Shown here in pieces: positions 18,361-28,153 of a stretch of 64,000 nucleotides of DNA. Under the pieces are notes generated by a model that was given only the letters and a program-made list of their open reading frames with translations, ran no database searches and was not told where the DNA came from. This DNA is from an uncultured Poribacteria bacterium (GTDB lineage: Bacteria; Poribacteria; WGA-4E; WGA-3G), in contig OY282383.1 in NCBI GenBank assembly GCA_958295855.1, positions 252,481 through 316,480 on the forward strand, written 5' to 3'. Each line of letters begins with the position of its first letter. The first letter of the stretch is position 1. The translations under genes were made by a program, and so were the position numbers.

Positions 18361-21300
18361 TTATCCCACAGTGTTTTTCTCTCCTTCCACGCCCATCACT
18401 TTTTCCACAATAGCAACTTCATCATCAGTTAATCCATAAAGCGCGTAAATCAACGCATCAATTTGCCGCTCATCCGCGGCGCTCTCTGCCTTCGGGTTTT
18501 CCCATTTCGCTGACAGAAGCTGTTCCACAAGTTCAATAATCGGTTGTTGCTGCTCAGGTGACACAAGCGGAATAGGTATTTTGCCAACATAGTAGTTATC
18601 AAAGTGCATCGTCATGAGTGCAGAGCAAAAGATAAACCGGTGGGCATACCAATTCACTAGCGTGGAGTTGAATAGGGCAGCAATAAAATTCAGGCTAAAA
18701 TTTGGATTCGTGAGAAACGTATTTTCGACAGTGTCAACTCCTAATATATCACCGGTTTTGTCAACGGTAGCCTTTATTTTTTTGTGCGTCACGATATTCT
18801 GAGAGAGGATTTTCGGCTGAAGTAGCGATTGAATTTTCTTATCGGCAGAATCAAGAGTGTCGCGGTTAGCAAACCCTCTCACACCATCAATTCCGTAGCG
18901 GCTTATATTTCTTCCACCAATCACTTTAATTGCACCAGTAGCGTTCAGGAATTTCTGTACCGACAAACCTCGTACACTCTGGGAAATTTCGCTTAGGTGC
19001 GTCCCGATACGATTTAGCTTTAAACCTAACTGAATTTCATCGCTGGACACATCGCATATCCATGCCTCAAACGTTTTCGGATAGTCTTTGGAAATCTGAG
19101 TCGTTTGGGTAAACGTATCATTGACAAACTTCCGAGCTGTATAGAAATCATTTTTAGACTGGGAACTGTAGACGAAAACAACCTGTTCCAATAAGACATT
19201 CTCAAAAGCCCGTTCAACATCAACGAGAACAATGGCTTTTTCTGACAAAGTGAAAGCTAAGCTCTGCCAAGTTTTAGAATACAATAAGGATTTGGGAACT
19301 ATAAATGCGAGGTTACCATCAGGTTTCATCAAATGATTTTTGGCATAATCAATAAACAGGGCGGCACTGTTTGAATTTCGGGTATCTTGAAGGTTGGCTT
19401 TAATCTGCGCTAGTTCAGCTTTCGGAATTTTAGCACCATAAGGGGGATTGCCGATGGCAATGTCAAACCCATCTTTCACACCGAACATCCACTCCGTGTC
19501 AAAGAAATCGGCGACAGCGTTCTGGTCATACGCATCCCAGGTGGCAATTTTCTGGGCCTCTCCAACACTCGCTTTTAACCTTTTCTCACGAACCGTGTAC
19601 GCCTTCTGAAGTTTTTCACGTAATTGATTGCGCGTCCGTTCTGTCTGCAGCTGAGCAACCTGTTCCGCTATCTTGTTTTGCTCACTCCCCACCCAGTGCA
19701 CATGCTGGGCTATCAATGCCTGCTTCAATTGTTCCCGAACGCCTGCCTCTTGGCGGATGTACCGGAGTTTTCGTTGCCGGGTGTTCGCGTTGAAATACCT
19801 CTGGCGGATAGCACCAATTTCAGCGCGTATCTGCCGAATGTTGTCGGTTTCAAGCAACAGCTGCTGGGCGTCTGTATTTAGCCCAATGAGGGTATTGGCA
19901 GCAACGAACTTCACTTCCAGATTGGGCAGCGGCCGAATGCCGTAGTTTGCCGCGCGGTTCTCGTTCGGCACCTGCTCAATGATGAGCGAGATGAAAAAGC
20001 GGAGTTTGGCAATCGTGACAGCGATGGGTTGAATGTCCACGCCATAAATGCCGTTTTGGATAAGGTAGAGCTTGCGTCCGTAGTCGTTGTAGCGGTTCGC
20101 TTCGGAGAACACCTGCTCGATACCCGCAAGTGCAGCTTCGCGGCTTTGCAGGTCAGGAATTGTTTCTGCCTGCTCGAGTTGTCGCTGTTTCCAGCGTTCA
20201 TTCTGCGGATCCAGTTTTTGGAGAATCAGCACCAGTTTATTGAGAATGCCCATCGGGAAAGCACCAGAACCGACTGCCGGATCGATGATTTTGAGTTCGT
20301 CTATCGCTTGAATCATTGACATGATTTCATCTTCATAGATGAGGTGTTTATTGGGATTATCTTCCGTACCTTGCCGGTCATAGGCAAGGAGATCTTCGCG
20401 GAGCCTGCCCTCCAAGCCCTCCCCGTGGCCGTCGGAGGGTTCAACCTTCTGAAGGAAATAGGCGATGAGCGCCTCGTCTACCATGTAATCAACTATCTGC
20501 CGTGGGGTATAGTAGGAGCCGGTGGCTTTGCGCGCGGTGGACTGTGTTTCCGGATTAGACGCGCCGAGCAGATTCTCAAACACCTGCCCGAGCAGTTCCG
20601 GGTCGAGGGCGACTTCTTGCTCAATGGGCGTGTTTTCCTCTACCGTGAACTTATAGCGGGAAAAGAGCGGAAAGATGCCGTTTTCTTCGTCAAAGAAGAG
20701 TTTTGTCGGGACGTGTAGTTTCCGCCTGTCGTTTGGATTGTCAGTGAAACAATCAACGCGCGCCCCACCATCACCGGGCGCCTCAAACGTATCCAGGCAG
20801 TCGAACAACCCGCCGTTAACAAACGGCACCTGCTTGAGGTACTCCAGAAATGCGTCTGCATCTTGGAGGAGATCCGCGTAGCGATATTTGCTCGCATCTC
20901 GATGATCTGGGTTATTGCGCCTACTAAAGACGCGTTCACTTATCGGCGTATTGAGGGTGGCAAAAAAGAGGTTTTGGAGGACAGCCTGGTAGTAATCGGA
21001 ACGCTCTTCGGTAGACGCGAGCTGCGCTCGCCACTTGTATGTTACCCCGCTTTGCGGGGAAGCATACCTGTCCCCGGTAGAACTGGCATGGGGCTCGCTA
21101 TCTCTCAGAAACGCTTGCGCGCCTTCTCTCTCAAAAAGTGCCGGAGGCACCAACCCCTTTTCCTTCAGAAACCAGATAAAGAGGAGCCGTGTTATCAGCC
21201 GGATGCCCTGCATCGCATTCGCTGCATCCGGAAATCTACAGGCCGCCTTTGCCCAATCATACCATTTCTCAAGGTCTCGGTAAAAACGGCGGTTGAGTGC

Positions 21301-21972
21301 CTCCGTATTGAGAATGCCCTCCCACACCTTATGGAGCGTATCAAAGTTATGAACGCCTTCGGTTTCAATCAGTCTATTGAGGTGGAGTTCGGCGAGGATG
21401 TCTAGATGCGCGCGGTGCGGGGAATTCAAGTTTATGTCTTTGATGAGCGTGACTTTCTCCAGCACCCGCTTTTCAGGCTCGCGTTTGTGCCTTCGCCGGT
21501 TGATAATCGCGAGGGTCAGAAAAGCACTAGACCGGAATATCACCATGATGGGCTGCGGGAGCTGTCTATTGATAAAGCGGGTAATGTCGGAGAGTTGTGT
21601 ACGTGTATAACTCCCCTCGGCAAGTTGCACGGCAACGAACATGTAGGAACGCATCAGTGTGTCGTCTATGTCCGTGCTCTCAAAGAGTGATTTCTGCTGA
21701 GTTATCTGCGCGTTAATCTCAGTATCCGTCACTTGCAAGACTAAGTAAAATGCCTGCCAGTCGTTAATGCGGAGTTTGTGAGAGGGGTTGGCGGTTTCTG
21801 CGGCAGCGGCCTTGAGGCGTTGGTACCTGTCGCTATCTATACCGTCGTTTCCGACCCTCCTGCTGTGGTAGCCGAGGGTGTTGAGGAACGCGGTGGCGGC
21901 TTCCCTGAGGGGTTGTTCATCGAAGTGCCGGAGGTTCGCCTCAATGTTATGTTTGATGGTGTCTGAATTCAT
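18361..21972 (-). CDS. large N6-adenine DNA methyltransferase, PglX/type IIG-like (NPPY motif)
   Basis: Motif I IIDPAVGSGAF and motif IV FDIAIGNPPYG, 1203 aa. ATG chosen at MNSDTIKHN (21972); the longer ORF would need a TTG at 22008. No recognisable nuclease motifs were seen by eye. Confidence 0.75.
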   Translation of the reverse strand: MNSDTIKHNIEANLRHFDEQPLREAATAFLNTLGYHSRRVGNDGIDSDRYQRLKAAAAETANPSHKLRINDWQAFYLVLQVTDTEINAQITQQKSLFESTDIDDTLMRSYMFVAVQLAEGSYTRTQLSDITRFINRQLPQPIMVIFRSSAFLTLAIINRRRHKREPEKRVLEKVTLIKDINLNSPHRAHLDILAELHLNRLIETEGVHNFDTLHKVWEGILNTEALNRRFYRDLEKWYDWAKAACRFPDAANAMQGIRLITRLLFIWFLKEKGLVPPALFEREGAQAFLRDSEPHASSTGDRYASPQSGVTYKWRAQLASTEERSDYYQAVLQNLFFATLNTPISERVFSRRNNPDHRDASKYRYADLLQDADAFLEYLKQVPFVNGGLFDCLDTFEAPGDGGARVDCFTDNPNDRRKLHVPTKLFFDEENGIFPLFSRYKFTVEENTPIEQEVALDPELLGQVFENLLGASNPETQSTARKATGSYYTPRQIVDYMVDEALIAYFLQKVEPSDGHGEGLEGRLREDLLAYDRQGTEDNPNKHLIYEDEIMSMIQAIDELKIIDPAVGSGAFPMGILNKLVLILQKLDPQNERWKQRQLEQAETIPDLQSREAALAGIEQVFSEANRYNDYGRKLYLIQNGIYGVDIQPIAVTIAKLRFFISLIIEQVPNENRAANYGIRPLPNLEVKFVAANTLIGLNTDAQQLLLETDNIRQIRAEIGAIRQRYFNANTRQRKLRYIRQEAGVREQLKQALIAQHVHWVGSEQNKIAEQVAQLQTERTRNQLREKLQKAYTVREKRLKASVGEAQKIATWDAYDQNAVADFFDTEWMFGVKDGFDIAIGNPPYGAKIPKAELAQIKANLQDTRNSNSAALFIDYAKNHLMKPDGNLAFIVPKSLLYSKTWQSLAFTLSEKAIVLVDVERAFENVLLEQVVFVYSSQSKNDFYTARKFVNDTFTQTTQISKDYPKTFEAWICDVSSDEIQLGLKLNRIGTHLSEISQSVRGLSVQKFLNATGAIKVIGGRNISRYGIDGVRGFANRDTLDSADKKIQSLLQPKILSQNIVTHKKIKATVDKTGDILGVDTVENTFLTNPNFSLNFIAALFNSTLVNWYAHRFIFCSALMTMHFDNYYVGKIPIPLVSPEQQQPIIELVEQLLSAKWENPKAESAADERQIDALIYALYGLTDDEVAIVEKVMGVEGEKNTVG

Positions 21973-22003
21973 GTCAGGCCTGCTTTTTCCACTAAAACGG
22001 AAA

Positions 22004-22118
22004 GGCAACTCCCCTACGATGAGCGTGCCATCAGGGCGGATGGCACGCTCATCGCCATCGTTGAGAGGCCGATTGTAATGTCAGATGAGACGGTGCGTGG
22101 GAAAAATCGGGTGCATGT
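22004..22118. repeat. 115-bp duplicate of the 3' end of the 10106-11821 gene (copy of 11698-11812)
   Basis: ggcaactcccctacgat...ggatggcacgctcatcgccatcgttgagaggccgattgtaatg.cagatgagacggtgcgtgggaaaaatcgggtgcatgt is ~94% identical between the two positions. Confidence 0.75.
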
Positions 22119-22203
22119 TTAGTAACCTGACAAATTTAGTTGTTTTAGGACAGGCAGGTTCGCTAAAAATGACTCTTCCGACAACTTTGGAGCGGCCAAA
22201 TCG

Positions 22204-22785
22204 CTAAGATTCATCAGTTGTTACAAGCTTTAGTTTGGTTAGAAAGGAGAGGACGCTTTCGATATCCTCTGGGCTCACGTCCCAACCATACTCTTCGGCA
22301 ACCTGTCGCACCTCTCCTATTGTACTTTTCCCTCTCCAATTGACAATGTAGTGGACTTTTGCCGCGATGGAAAGCTTGTTAAAATCGTTAGAGATAGGCT
22401 GGGCGTTAATCAACTCTAGTGCTGCTTTCCATTTTGGAAAATCCGGTTCTTCTTCGAGGTCACTCCATACCTCGCGGCCCCCCTCGGCCAGGGAGTAGGT
22501 GTGCCGGCGAATTTCGCCGAAAACATTTTGATCTTTTGAAGCTGTCGCGAAGGATTCTATCTTTTCATTAAGGAATCCATGGGCAACTAAACTATCTAGG
22601 TGCCCCGCAACCACGCTACTGTAAGGACCGTAGCGATGCGCGGTGAAGTCAAAATTAACTTCCATCAGCACAGATAGAAAGTAGACTTTTTTTTGGAGGA
22701 GCGTTCTCCCTCGTAGTTCGCCCCTGTCTTCGCTATTCACAACGAGTAGAAGAATGTCTATGGTGTACATTTCATTACCTTTCAA
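22204..22785 (-). CDS. Panacea-domain (DUF4065/GepA-like) protein, copy 2
   Basis: LLQKKVYFLSVLM...HRYGPYSSVVAGHLD. Its start overlaps the stop of the upstream HD gene (ATGA). Paralog of 15399-15980. Confidence 0.55.
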   Translation of the reverse strand: MKGNEMYTIDILLLVVNSEDRGELRGRTLLQKKVYFLSVLMEVNFDFTAHRYGPYSSVVAGHLDSLVAHGFLNEKIESFATASKDQNVFGEIRRHTYSLAEGGREVWSDLEEEPDFPKWKAALELINAQPISNDFNKLSIAAKVHYIVNWRGKSTIGEVRQVAEEYGWDVSPEDIESVLSFLTKLKLVTTDES

Positions 22786-24179
22786 GCAGAGCGTAAAATG
22801 TTTTGAATTTCCGGTTCAAGTGCCGAGCGCCTCTGTTTGCCCGATAGATTATTCCCATCTGGTGATACGTAAACTTGCACCGTTTCTAGAGAAGCTTCGT
22901 TGTCGGTGGCGGGTCTCGCGAAAAACAGTTCACTTGCATAATCGCTCATAGCCCTTGGTTCCGACTGATTCTCGTCAAAAATCGTAATCGCTTCCGCATC
23001 CAGGATGTAACTCCGGCTCCCGTAGTTTGGATTACGCATCTGAAGAGGCCTAATAATTACATAATCGGTATCACTACGGAGATGTGCTGCAATCTTTCGC
23101 TCCAATTCCTGTTTCAGAAGGGAATCATCTTTCATTGCAAGCAGCCTGCGTCTCACCTTGCTATTTGTTTCGTCTTTAAGCCGAAGTTCTGCAACCATTT
23201 TGAAGAGGTTTCGGTTGTAGAGCCTGTTGAAAATTTCACGTGCTTTCTCTTGGGGACAAGCTTTCAAAATATCAATCAGTTTCTCATCATGGTAGGTGAG
23301 ATAGTTTTGAATGAAGCTTTCAGGGTTTTCTTCACTGTATTGATAAAGTTTGGCCATTTGTGTATTGCCGCGCTCTATTGCAAGGGTAATCCCGCGGATA
23401 ATCATCTCATTGGAAATGAGGCTGACCCGGTGCCAATATACCTGCTGTGTCATGTGATATCGCGCAAGCAGGAGTTGTTCAAGGGCATAAATGCCTTTAC
23501 TGCTAACTGCTAGAGAGGTTTCTGTTTTGTCAACCTCAATAAGGCATGATTCAATCAGTTTTTCCAGATCGTATATCCCATATTTAACACCGGCGAAATA
23601 GGAATCGCGTAAGAGGTAGTCCATTTTATCCGCGTCTAATTCGCTAGAGACAATGTCACGCTGCCAGTCTTGTGTATCTTGCCCTTGAATCATGTCAGCT
23701 ACGAAATCCCGTTCATCCTTGTTCAGAATGCCGCGGATGGCCGAGTCAGTCTGAATAATATCTACAGTAATTTTCTCGTGTATCTTTTCGCGCGTAGATC
23801 CCATATCGGTTCGATCCGGCGCGTGCTCATCCAACAAGTACTCCGAAACGTGACTAAATGGCCCGTGCCCAACATCATGAAGTAACGCCGCAAGTCTAAC
23901 CCGCTCTACGTCTTCATTGCATATTCTCGTTGGATGCAATTCTTGGAGCTTTGTGCAAATTCGGCCCGCGATGTGCATCACACCAATTGAATGATCGAAG
24001 CGCGTATGTAACGCCCCCGGATACACCAAAAACGTCATCCCCAACTGCCGAATTCGACGGAGCCGCTGAAACACCGGGGTGTTAATCAGTTTCATTTCCT
24101 TTTCAGAAACTTTGATAAACCCGTGAATCGGGTCGCGCATTTCATGGGAACGTTCTATCATATTAAAATTATACCACAA
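22782..24179 (-). CDS. HD-domain dNTP triphosphohydrolase-like protein (dGTPase/SAMHD1 family)
   Basis: RFDHSIGVMHIAG, LLHDVGHGPFSH and ELDADKMDYLLRDSYFAGV match the H..HD..D and DxDRxDYLxRD signatures of dNTPases. Confidence 0.7.
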   Translation of the reverse strand: MWYNFNMIERSHEMRDPIHGFIKVSEKEMKLINTPVFQRLRRIRQLGMTFLVYPGALHTRFDHSIGVMHIAGRICTKLQELHPTRICNEDVERVRLAALLHDVGHGPFSHVSEYLLDEHAPDRTDMGSTREKIHEKITVDIIQTDSAIRGILNKDERDFVADMIQGQDTQDWQRDIVSSELDADKMDYLLRDSYFAGVKYGIYDLEKLIESCLIEVDKTETSLAVSSKGIYALEQLLLARYHMTQQVYWHRVSLISNEMIIRGITLAIERGNTQMAKLYQYSEENPESFIQNYLTYHDEKLIDILKACPQEKAREIFNRLYNRNLFKMVAELRLKDETNSKVRRRLLAMKDDSLLKQELERKIAAHLRSDTDYVIIRPLQMRNPNYGSRSYILDAEAITIFDENQSEPRAMSDYASELFFARPATDNEASLETVQVYVSPDGNNLSGKQRRSALEPEIQNILRSA

Positions 24180-24333
24180 TATGTTAAGTAATGCAAATTA
24201 AAAATTGAGTAAACTTATGATGATTTTTCACCCTTCACACTGATATTCCCACATTCTAACCTGCCATCTCCACATAAAAGTCTTGCATAATGTCTGAAAT
24301 CAATCAAGGAAAAGCAAATCTTTGATCTGCCCT

Positions 24334-24364
24334 CACACCTACATCCCTGCATCCCGATCCGTCT
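24334..24364. repeat. 31-bp direct repeat copy 2
   Basis: cacacctacatccctgcatcccgatccgtc; see 18324-18354. Confidence 0.7.
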
Positions 24365-24452
24365 GCGCTATCAACGCAATCTCTTCCTCCGACACCGGTG
24401 TGCCGGAGACATCGCCCCACGCCGCGCAAAGTGACACCGAACCCACGTTTTA

Positions 24453-27400
24453 TTAAGATTCGGCAGCGTTATTAAACCCGCGGCTGATAACCAGCCATGT
24501 AATCAGTTCAAATTGAGTCTCTTCCGTGATTTGGTTTTCGGCAATCGGGAGCAGGAAATCCGCACTTGCCTCCAGCTGATCGTTGACTTTCCGATTGTAC
24601 GCTTGGCGAATTGAATCCATCGCGGCATCAATTAGCCTCTCATAAAGCCTCATATCGCTGCCGTTGGCAGTCTCCTCGTTAAACCAGTGACACAGGTTTT
24701 GATTGGGAGTAGTTTTCCCGACACAGAGCGCGCTGAATCGTTCTAAAATCTGTTTCGGATTGGTGAAACCGAGAGAGACTGCACCTTTATCGCTGATATG
24801 GACGAGGTAGTAGGGATAAATCGGATTGAGCTTCTCTCCATCTTCATTCTCCTTCGCCTCGCCGGTTTGTCTTAGACAGAAGATAACGCCCGGTTCAATA
24901 TTTACGGGGGCACCGTCGTGCTTCTGAGGCGCGGTAACAGCGTATAAGCCGAGGGGTGCGTTTCGGAGTTCCACCTCGTTGCTGCGGAGATAGTTAAGGA
25001 GTTGTACGCGGAAATCGCCAAGCGTGAATTGGTTGAGATTCAATTGTGCTTCAATATCTTCAAACTCAAGGATTTCGCTCTGCATGCGGCGCAGCTGCGC
25101 GTCCCGGTGCGTCCAAACCTGCTCCATGCTCTTTTTCTCTTTCAATGAAAGCAGAGCGTCATCACCTGTAGCAGTGAGATTGACGAGTGCCATTCGTGCC
25201 TCAACGCGAGGTTTGAGATTGATATACTCGTCGAGTTCAGGTGTGGGCCAGAAGTTGACAAGCTGGATGTTCTCGTTACGGCTCCCAATCCGGTCAATTC
25301 GTCCGAAACGTTGGATAATGCGGACAGGGTTCCAGTGGATATCGTAATTGACGAGATAACCGCAATCCTGCAGGTTTTGTCCTTCGGAGATACAATCGGT
25401 GGCGATGAGGAGATCGATTTCGGGGGTGGCATGTTTCCCCTGCTTTGTAGGGGTATCAAGATGGGTTCTATCCTTGGAGATTGGGGAGAAATTGGTGAGA
25501 ATCTCGTTGAAATCATTTCTTCCAAGCGTGGTGCTGTTGGCACTGCCTGTGACGACAGCACAGTGAATGTTAAGCGTCTCGGTTGCCCACGCGTGCAAAT
25601 TATCGTAGAGATAATTGGCAGTATCCGCAAAAGCGGTAAAAACGAGAATTTTGCGATTCTCTTTTCCGCATCGGTTTGTTGTGGGGTGCTGCACCTTGGC
25701 AGCGATGAGCCGTTTGAGTTCCTCCAATTTTGCATCCCGGTCGGGTGTCATGTTTTTCGCGATGCTGTAAATTTTCTCCAATTGCACCTTGTCGTCTCGG
25801 AGGTCGGCTAACCAAGCGTCCAGATCGAGGTGTTTATACTGATACACCTCATCTTTCCCTGCTTGTATACCGGTCTGGAGTTCGTCGTCTTCTCCATATT
25901 CTTCGGTTGCCTCGGCAAACGCATCGAAACCACTTTCATGAACCGTTCCCGCGTGTGCGTTCACAAAGTCGCCAATTTCAGACTCACGCGCTTTAATATT
26001 TTCAATAGTGCGTTCCAGCGTCGTTGCAAAGGAGTAGACGCTACTTTCAAGCCGTTTGAGGAAGTTCACCTTCATCATACCGATGAGATTGAACTCGCGC
26101 TGTTGGAGGAGTCTACCGCCATAATGGTGTTGGCACGCTTGTCGGATATATTTTGACGGATTAAAAAGTGAGAGTTTATAGCCATCAATTTGATTGCTGA
26201 TCGCTTGGTAGGTGGGGAATTGCCCTTGCCTGTCAATTTCTGGAAAGATAGACTTTGGAGTCTCATGCTCTGGAAACCCACCGATCTGTTCCATAGAATC
26301 GCTATAGAAGTTCTGAATATGTGTACGGGAACGGGCAATAGTGAGCCGGTCCAAGAGCGAAAAGAAGTCCGCACTGAGGCTTTCCGAAAGATTTTCTTGC
26401 CTTCTTGATTTATCGGGGAGCGGCTCAGTTTCTGTTGTCCATGTCTCAAAATTGCTTTGGGCAGTCTTAAGCGTTGCTCTGATGCTTGGGATACCGGTCC
26501 CTTTAAAGGCATCGTCTTTGTCTTCGGTGATTAAAGAGATTTGGTTCTCCAGATCGGTGAGTCGATTGTTGACTGGGGTGGCAGAGAGCATAAGCACTTG
26601 GGTTTTGCATCCACTCTGGATAATGTCTTCCATTAATTTATTATAACGAGCACCGCGGTTTCGGAAGTTGTGGGATTCATCAATGACGACAAGATCGTAC
26701 CCGTCCCATTCATGATGTGCAAGGTCAATGCCGTTGGATTCACCGCTGTCCCGGCTCAAATCCGTGTGTGCCAGCACAGCATAACGGAACTGATCGGCTT
26801 TCAGTGGATTATTTTTATTGCGAGATTGTGTATGATAAAGCGTCCAGTTTCTTTCCAACTTCTTAGGACACAGCACTAAGACGCGGTAATTTCGCAACTC
26901 AAAGTATTTGATAATAGCGAGTGCCTCGTAGGTTTTGCCTAACCCAACGCTATCAGCGATGATACAACCTTTGTATGCCTTCAGTTTCTGGATACACGCC
27001 TGAACACCGTGTTTTTGAAAGGCGTAGAGTTTCTGCCAGATTTCAGTTTCCTGAAACCGGGGATTTGCTTCGACAAAGGGTGTGTCGTTTGCGTCTGTCA
27101 AGAAATTTTCAAAAAGGTGGTAGAGGGTTTTGTAGTAGATGAATTCGGGGGCTTTGTCTTGATAGGCATTTTCGAGGGTTCGCAGCACCTGTCGTTTTAC
27201 ATCTTCAACCTCGTCGGATTCCCAAAGGTTATCAAACCACGTTTTCAGGTCAGCGCAGTCGCTTTTGCTGTCGACTTCAAGGTTGAGTTCAATATTGCTC
27301 GCCTTTTCGCTTAACCCCAAGCCGCGTACGGTAAAGTTAGCACTCCCGATGAGCGCATCCTCACCGCCGGCCTTCTCAATATAATACATCTTTCCGTGCA

Positions 27401-27755
27401 GGAAATTAGAACGGCGCACCGAGCGGAGCTCCACTTTCTCTTCAATCCAGGCGGCACATGCCTTGGCGAGCTCGCTTTGGGGGAGGTAGTTCTCAAGGCT
27501 TAATCCCGCTTCAGTCAACGCAAACGCCTTGCCCTCCGTTTTTTGCGGGTCCATTCCGCCGATGAAACTCGGTTCACCGAACAGAAAACGGAGGTTATCA
27601 ATGCCAGTCAGCGACTCTTTGAGGGCGTTAAAGGCGTAAATGGTGAAATAGGCGGAGACGATGGAGAGGGAAGCACCCTCTTGGATTTTCTCTCGCAGAA
27701 AATCGGCGACGGTGCCGTACATGCTGTTATCTCGGATGCGGGAGTGTTGGGACAT
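24453..27755 (-). CDS. PLD-family nuclease / SNF2-family helicase fusion protein
   Basis: N-terminal HKD-like motif FLHGKMYYIEKAGGEDALIGSANFTVRG. SNF2 motifs CIIADSVGLGKT (I), VIDESHNFRN (II) and HWNPVRIIQRFGRIDRIGS (VI). A family B hairpin encodes LDTPTKQGKH in frame (25425-25454). Confidence 0.8.
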   Translation of the reverse strand: MSQHSRIRDNSMYGTVADFLREKIQEGASLSIVSAYFTIYAFNALKESLTGIDNLRFLFGEPSFIGGMDPQKTEGKAFALTEAGLSLENYLPQSELAKACAAWIEEKVELRSVRRSNFLHGKMYYIEKAGGEDALIGSANFTVRGLGLSEKASNIELNLEVDSKSDCADLKTWFDNLWESDEVEDVKRQVLRTLENAYQDKAPEFIYYKTLYHLFENFLTDANDTPFVEANPRFQETEIWQKLYAFQKHGVQACIQKLKAYKGCIIADSVGLGKTYEALAIIKYFELRNYRVLVLCPKKLERNWTLYHTQSRNKNNPLKADQFRYAVLAHTDLSRDSGESNGIDLAHHEWDGYDLVVIDESHNFRNRGARYNKLMEDIIQSGCKTQVLMLSATPVNNRLTDLENQISLITEDKDDAFKGTGIPSIRATLKTAQSNFETWTTETEPLPDKSRRQENLSESLSADFFSLLDRLTIARSRTHIQNFYSDSMEQIGGFPEHETPKSIFPEIDRQGQFPTYQAISNQIDGYKLSLFNPSKYIRQACQHHYGGRLLQQREFNLIGMMKVNFLKRLESSVYSFATTLERTIENIKARESEIGDFVNAHAGTVHESGFDAFAEATEEYGEDDELQTGIQAGKDEVYQYKHLDLDAWLADLRDDKVQLEKIYSIAKNMTPDRDAKLEELKRLIAAKVQHPTTNRCGKENRKILVFTAFADTANYLYDNLHAWATETLNIHCAVVTGSANSTTLGRNDFNEILTNFSPISKDRTHLDTPTKQGKHATPEIDLLIATDCISEGQNLQDCGYLVNYDIHWNPVRIIQRFGRIDRIGSRNENIQLVNFWPTPELDEYINLKPRVEARMALVNLTATGDDALLSLKEKKSMEQVWTHRDAQLRRMQSEILEFEDIEAQLNLNQFTLGDFRVQLLNYLRSNEVELRNAPLGLYAVTAPQKHDGAPVNIEPGVIFCLRQTGEAKENEDGEKLNPIYPYYLVHISDKGAVSLGFTNPKQILERFSALCVGKTTPNQNLCHWFNEETANGSDMRLYERLIDAAMDSIRQAYNRKVNDQLEASADFLLPIAENQITEETQFELITWLVISRGFNNAAES

Positions 27756-28080
27756 TATGTTCTCTTTTGTTAGCTCGTGACCGGCACACGCCGTGTGCTT
27801 ACTACTTTTGATTAGCCTGAAGTCAATTTCTCCAACCTATTTGGATTATACAACATTATCTTGTAACATGCAAGAAGAATCATCAACACAGCCACACTCC
27901 CTTGTGCAAAGAGCCAGACTCATCGTCTCTATGCGCGATGCTCCCAAGATGTCTGCTCGTAAAATACGTTATTATTTTTCCAATTGATTGCGGTGCCGCG
28001 CGTCTCGGAAGATGTTCTGCCGCTCCCGCATCATTATTTTCGCCAAACCCCTCTCAAAAAAATGCACAGACGAAAAAAAT

Positions 28081-28108
28081 TTGACAAAGCGGAAAACAAC
28101 GGGTATAA
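28081..28108 (+). promoter_or_regulatory. consensus sigma70 promoter (ttgaca-17-tataat)
   Basis: ttgacaaagcggaaaacaacgggtataat, ~45 bp upstream of the TetR-like reading frame. Confidence 0.45.
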
Positions 28109-28153
28109 TTAACACTGATAAGTTAAATCACTCTGTAAATCAAGGGGAAAGCA

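Noticed and set aside
20863-21405. 180-aa plus-strand ORF antisense to the MTase gene
   Set aside because: Antisense to a strongly supported 1203-aa CDS; no domain signal.
25142-25811. 197-aa (-) and 166-aa (+) ORFs inside the SNF2-PLD gene
   Set aside because: Alternative-frame overlaps of a gene with strong helicase motifs.
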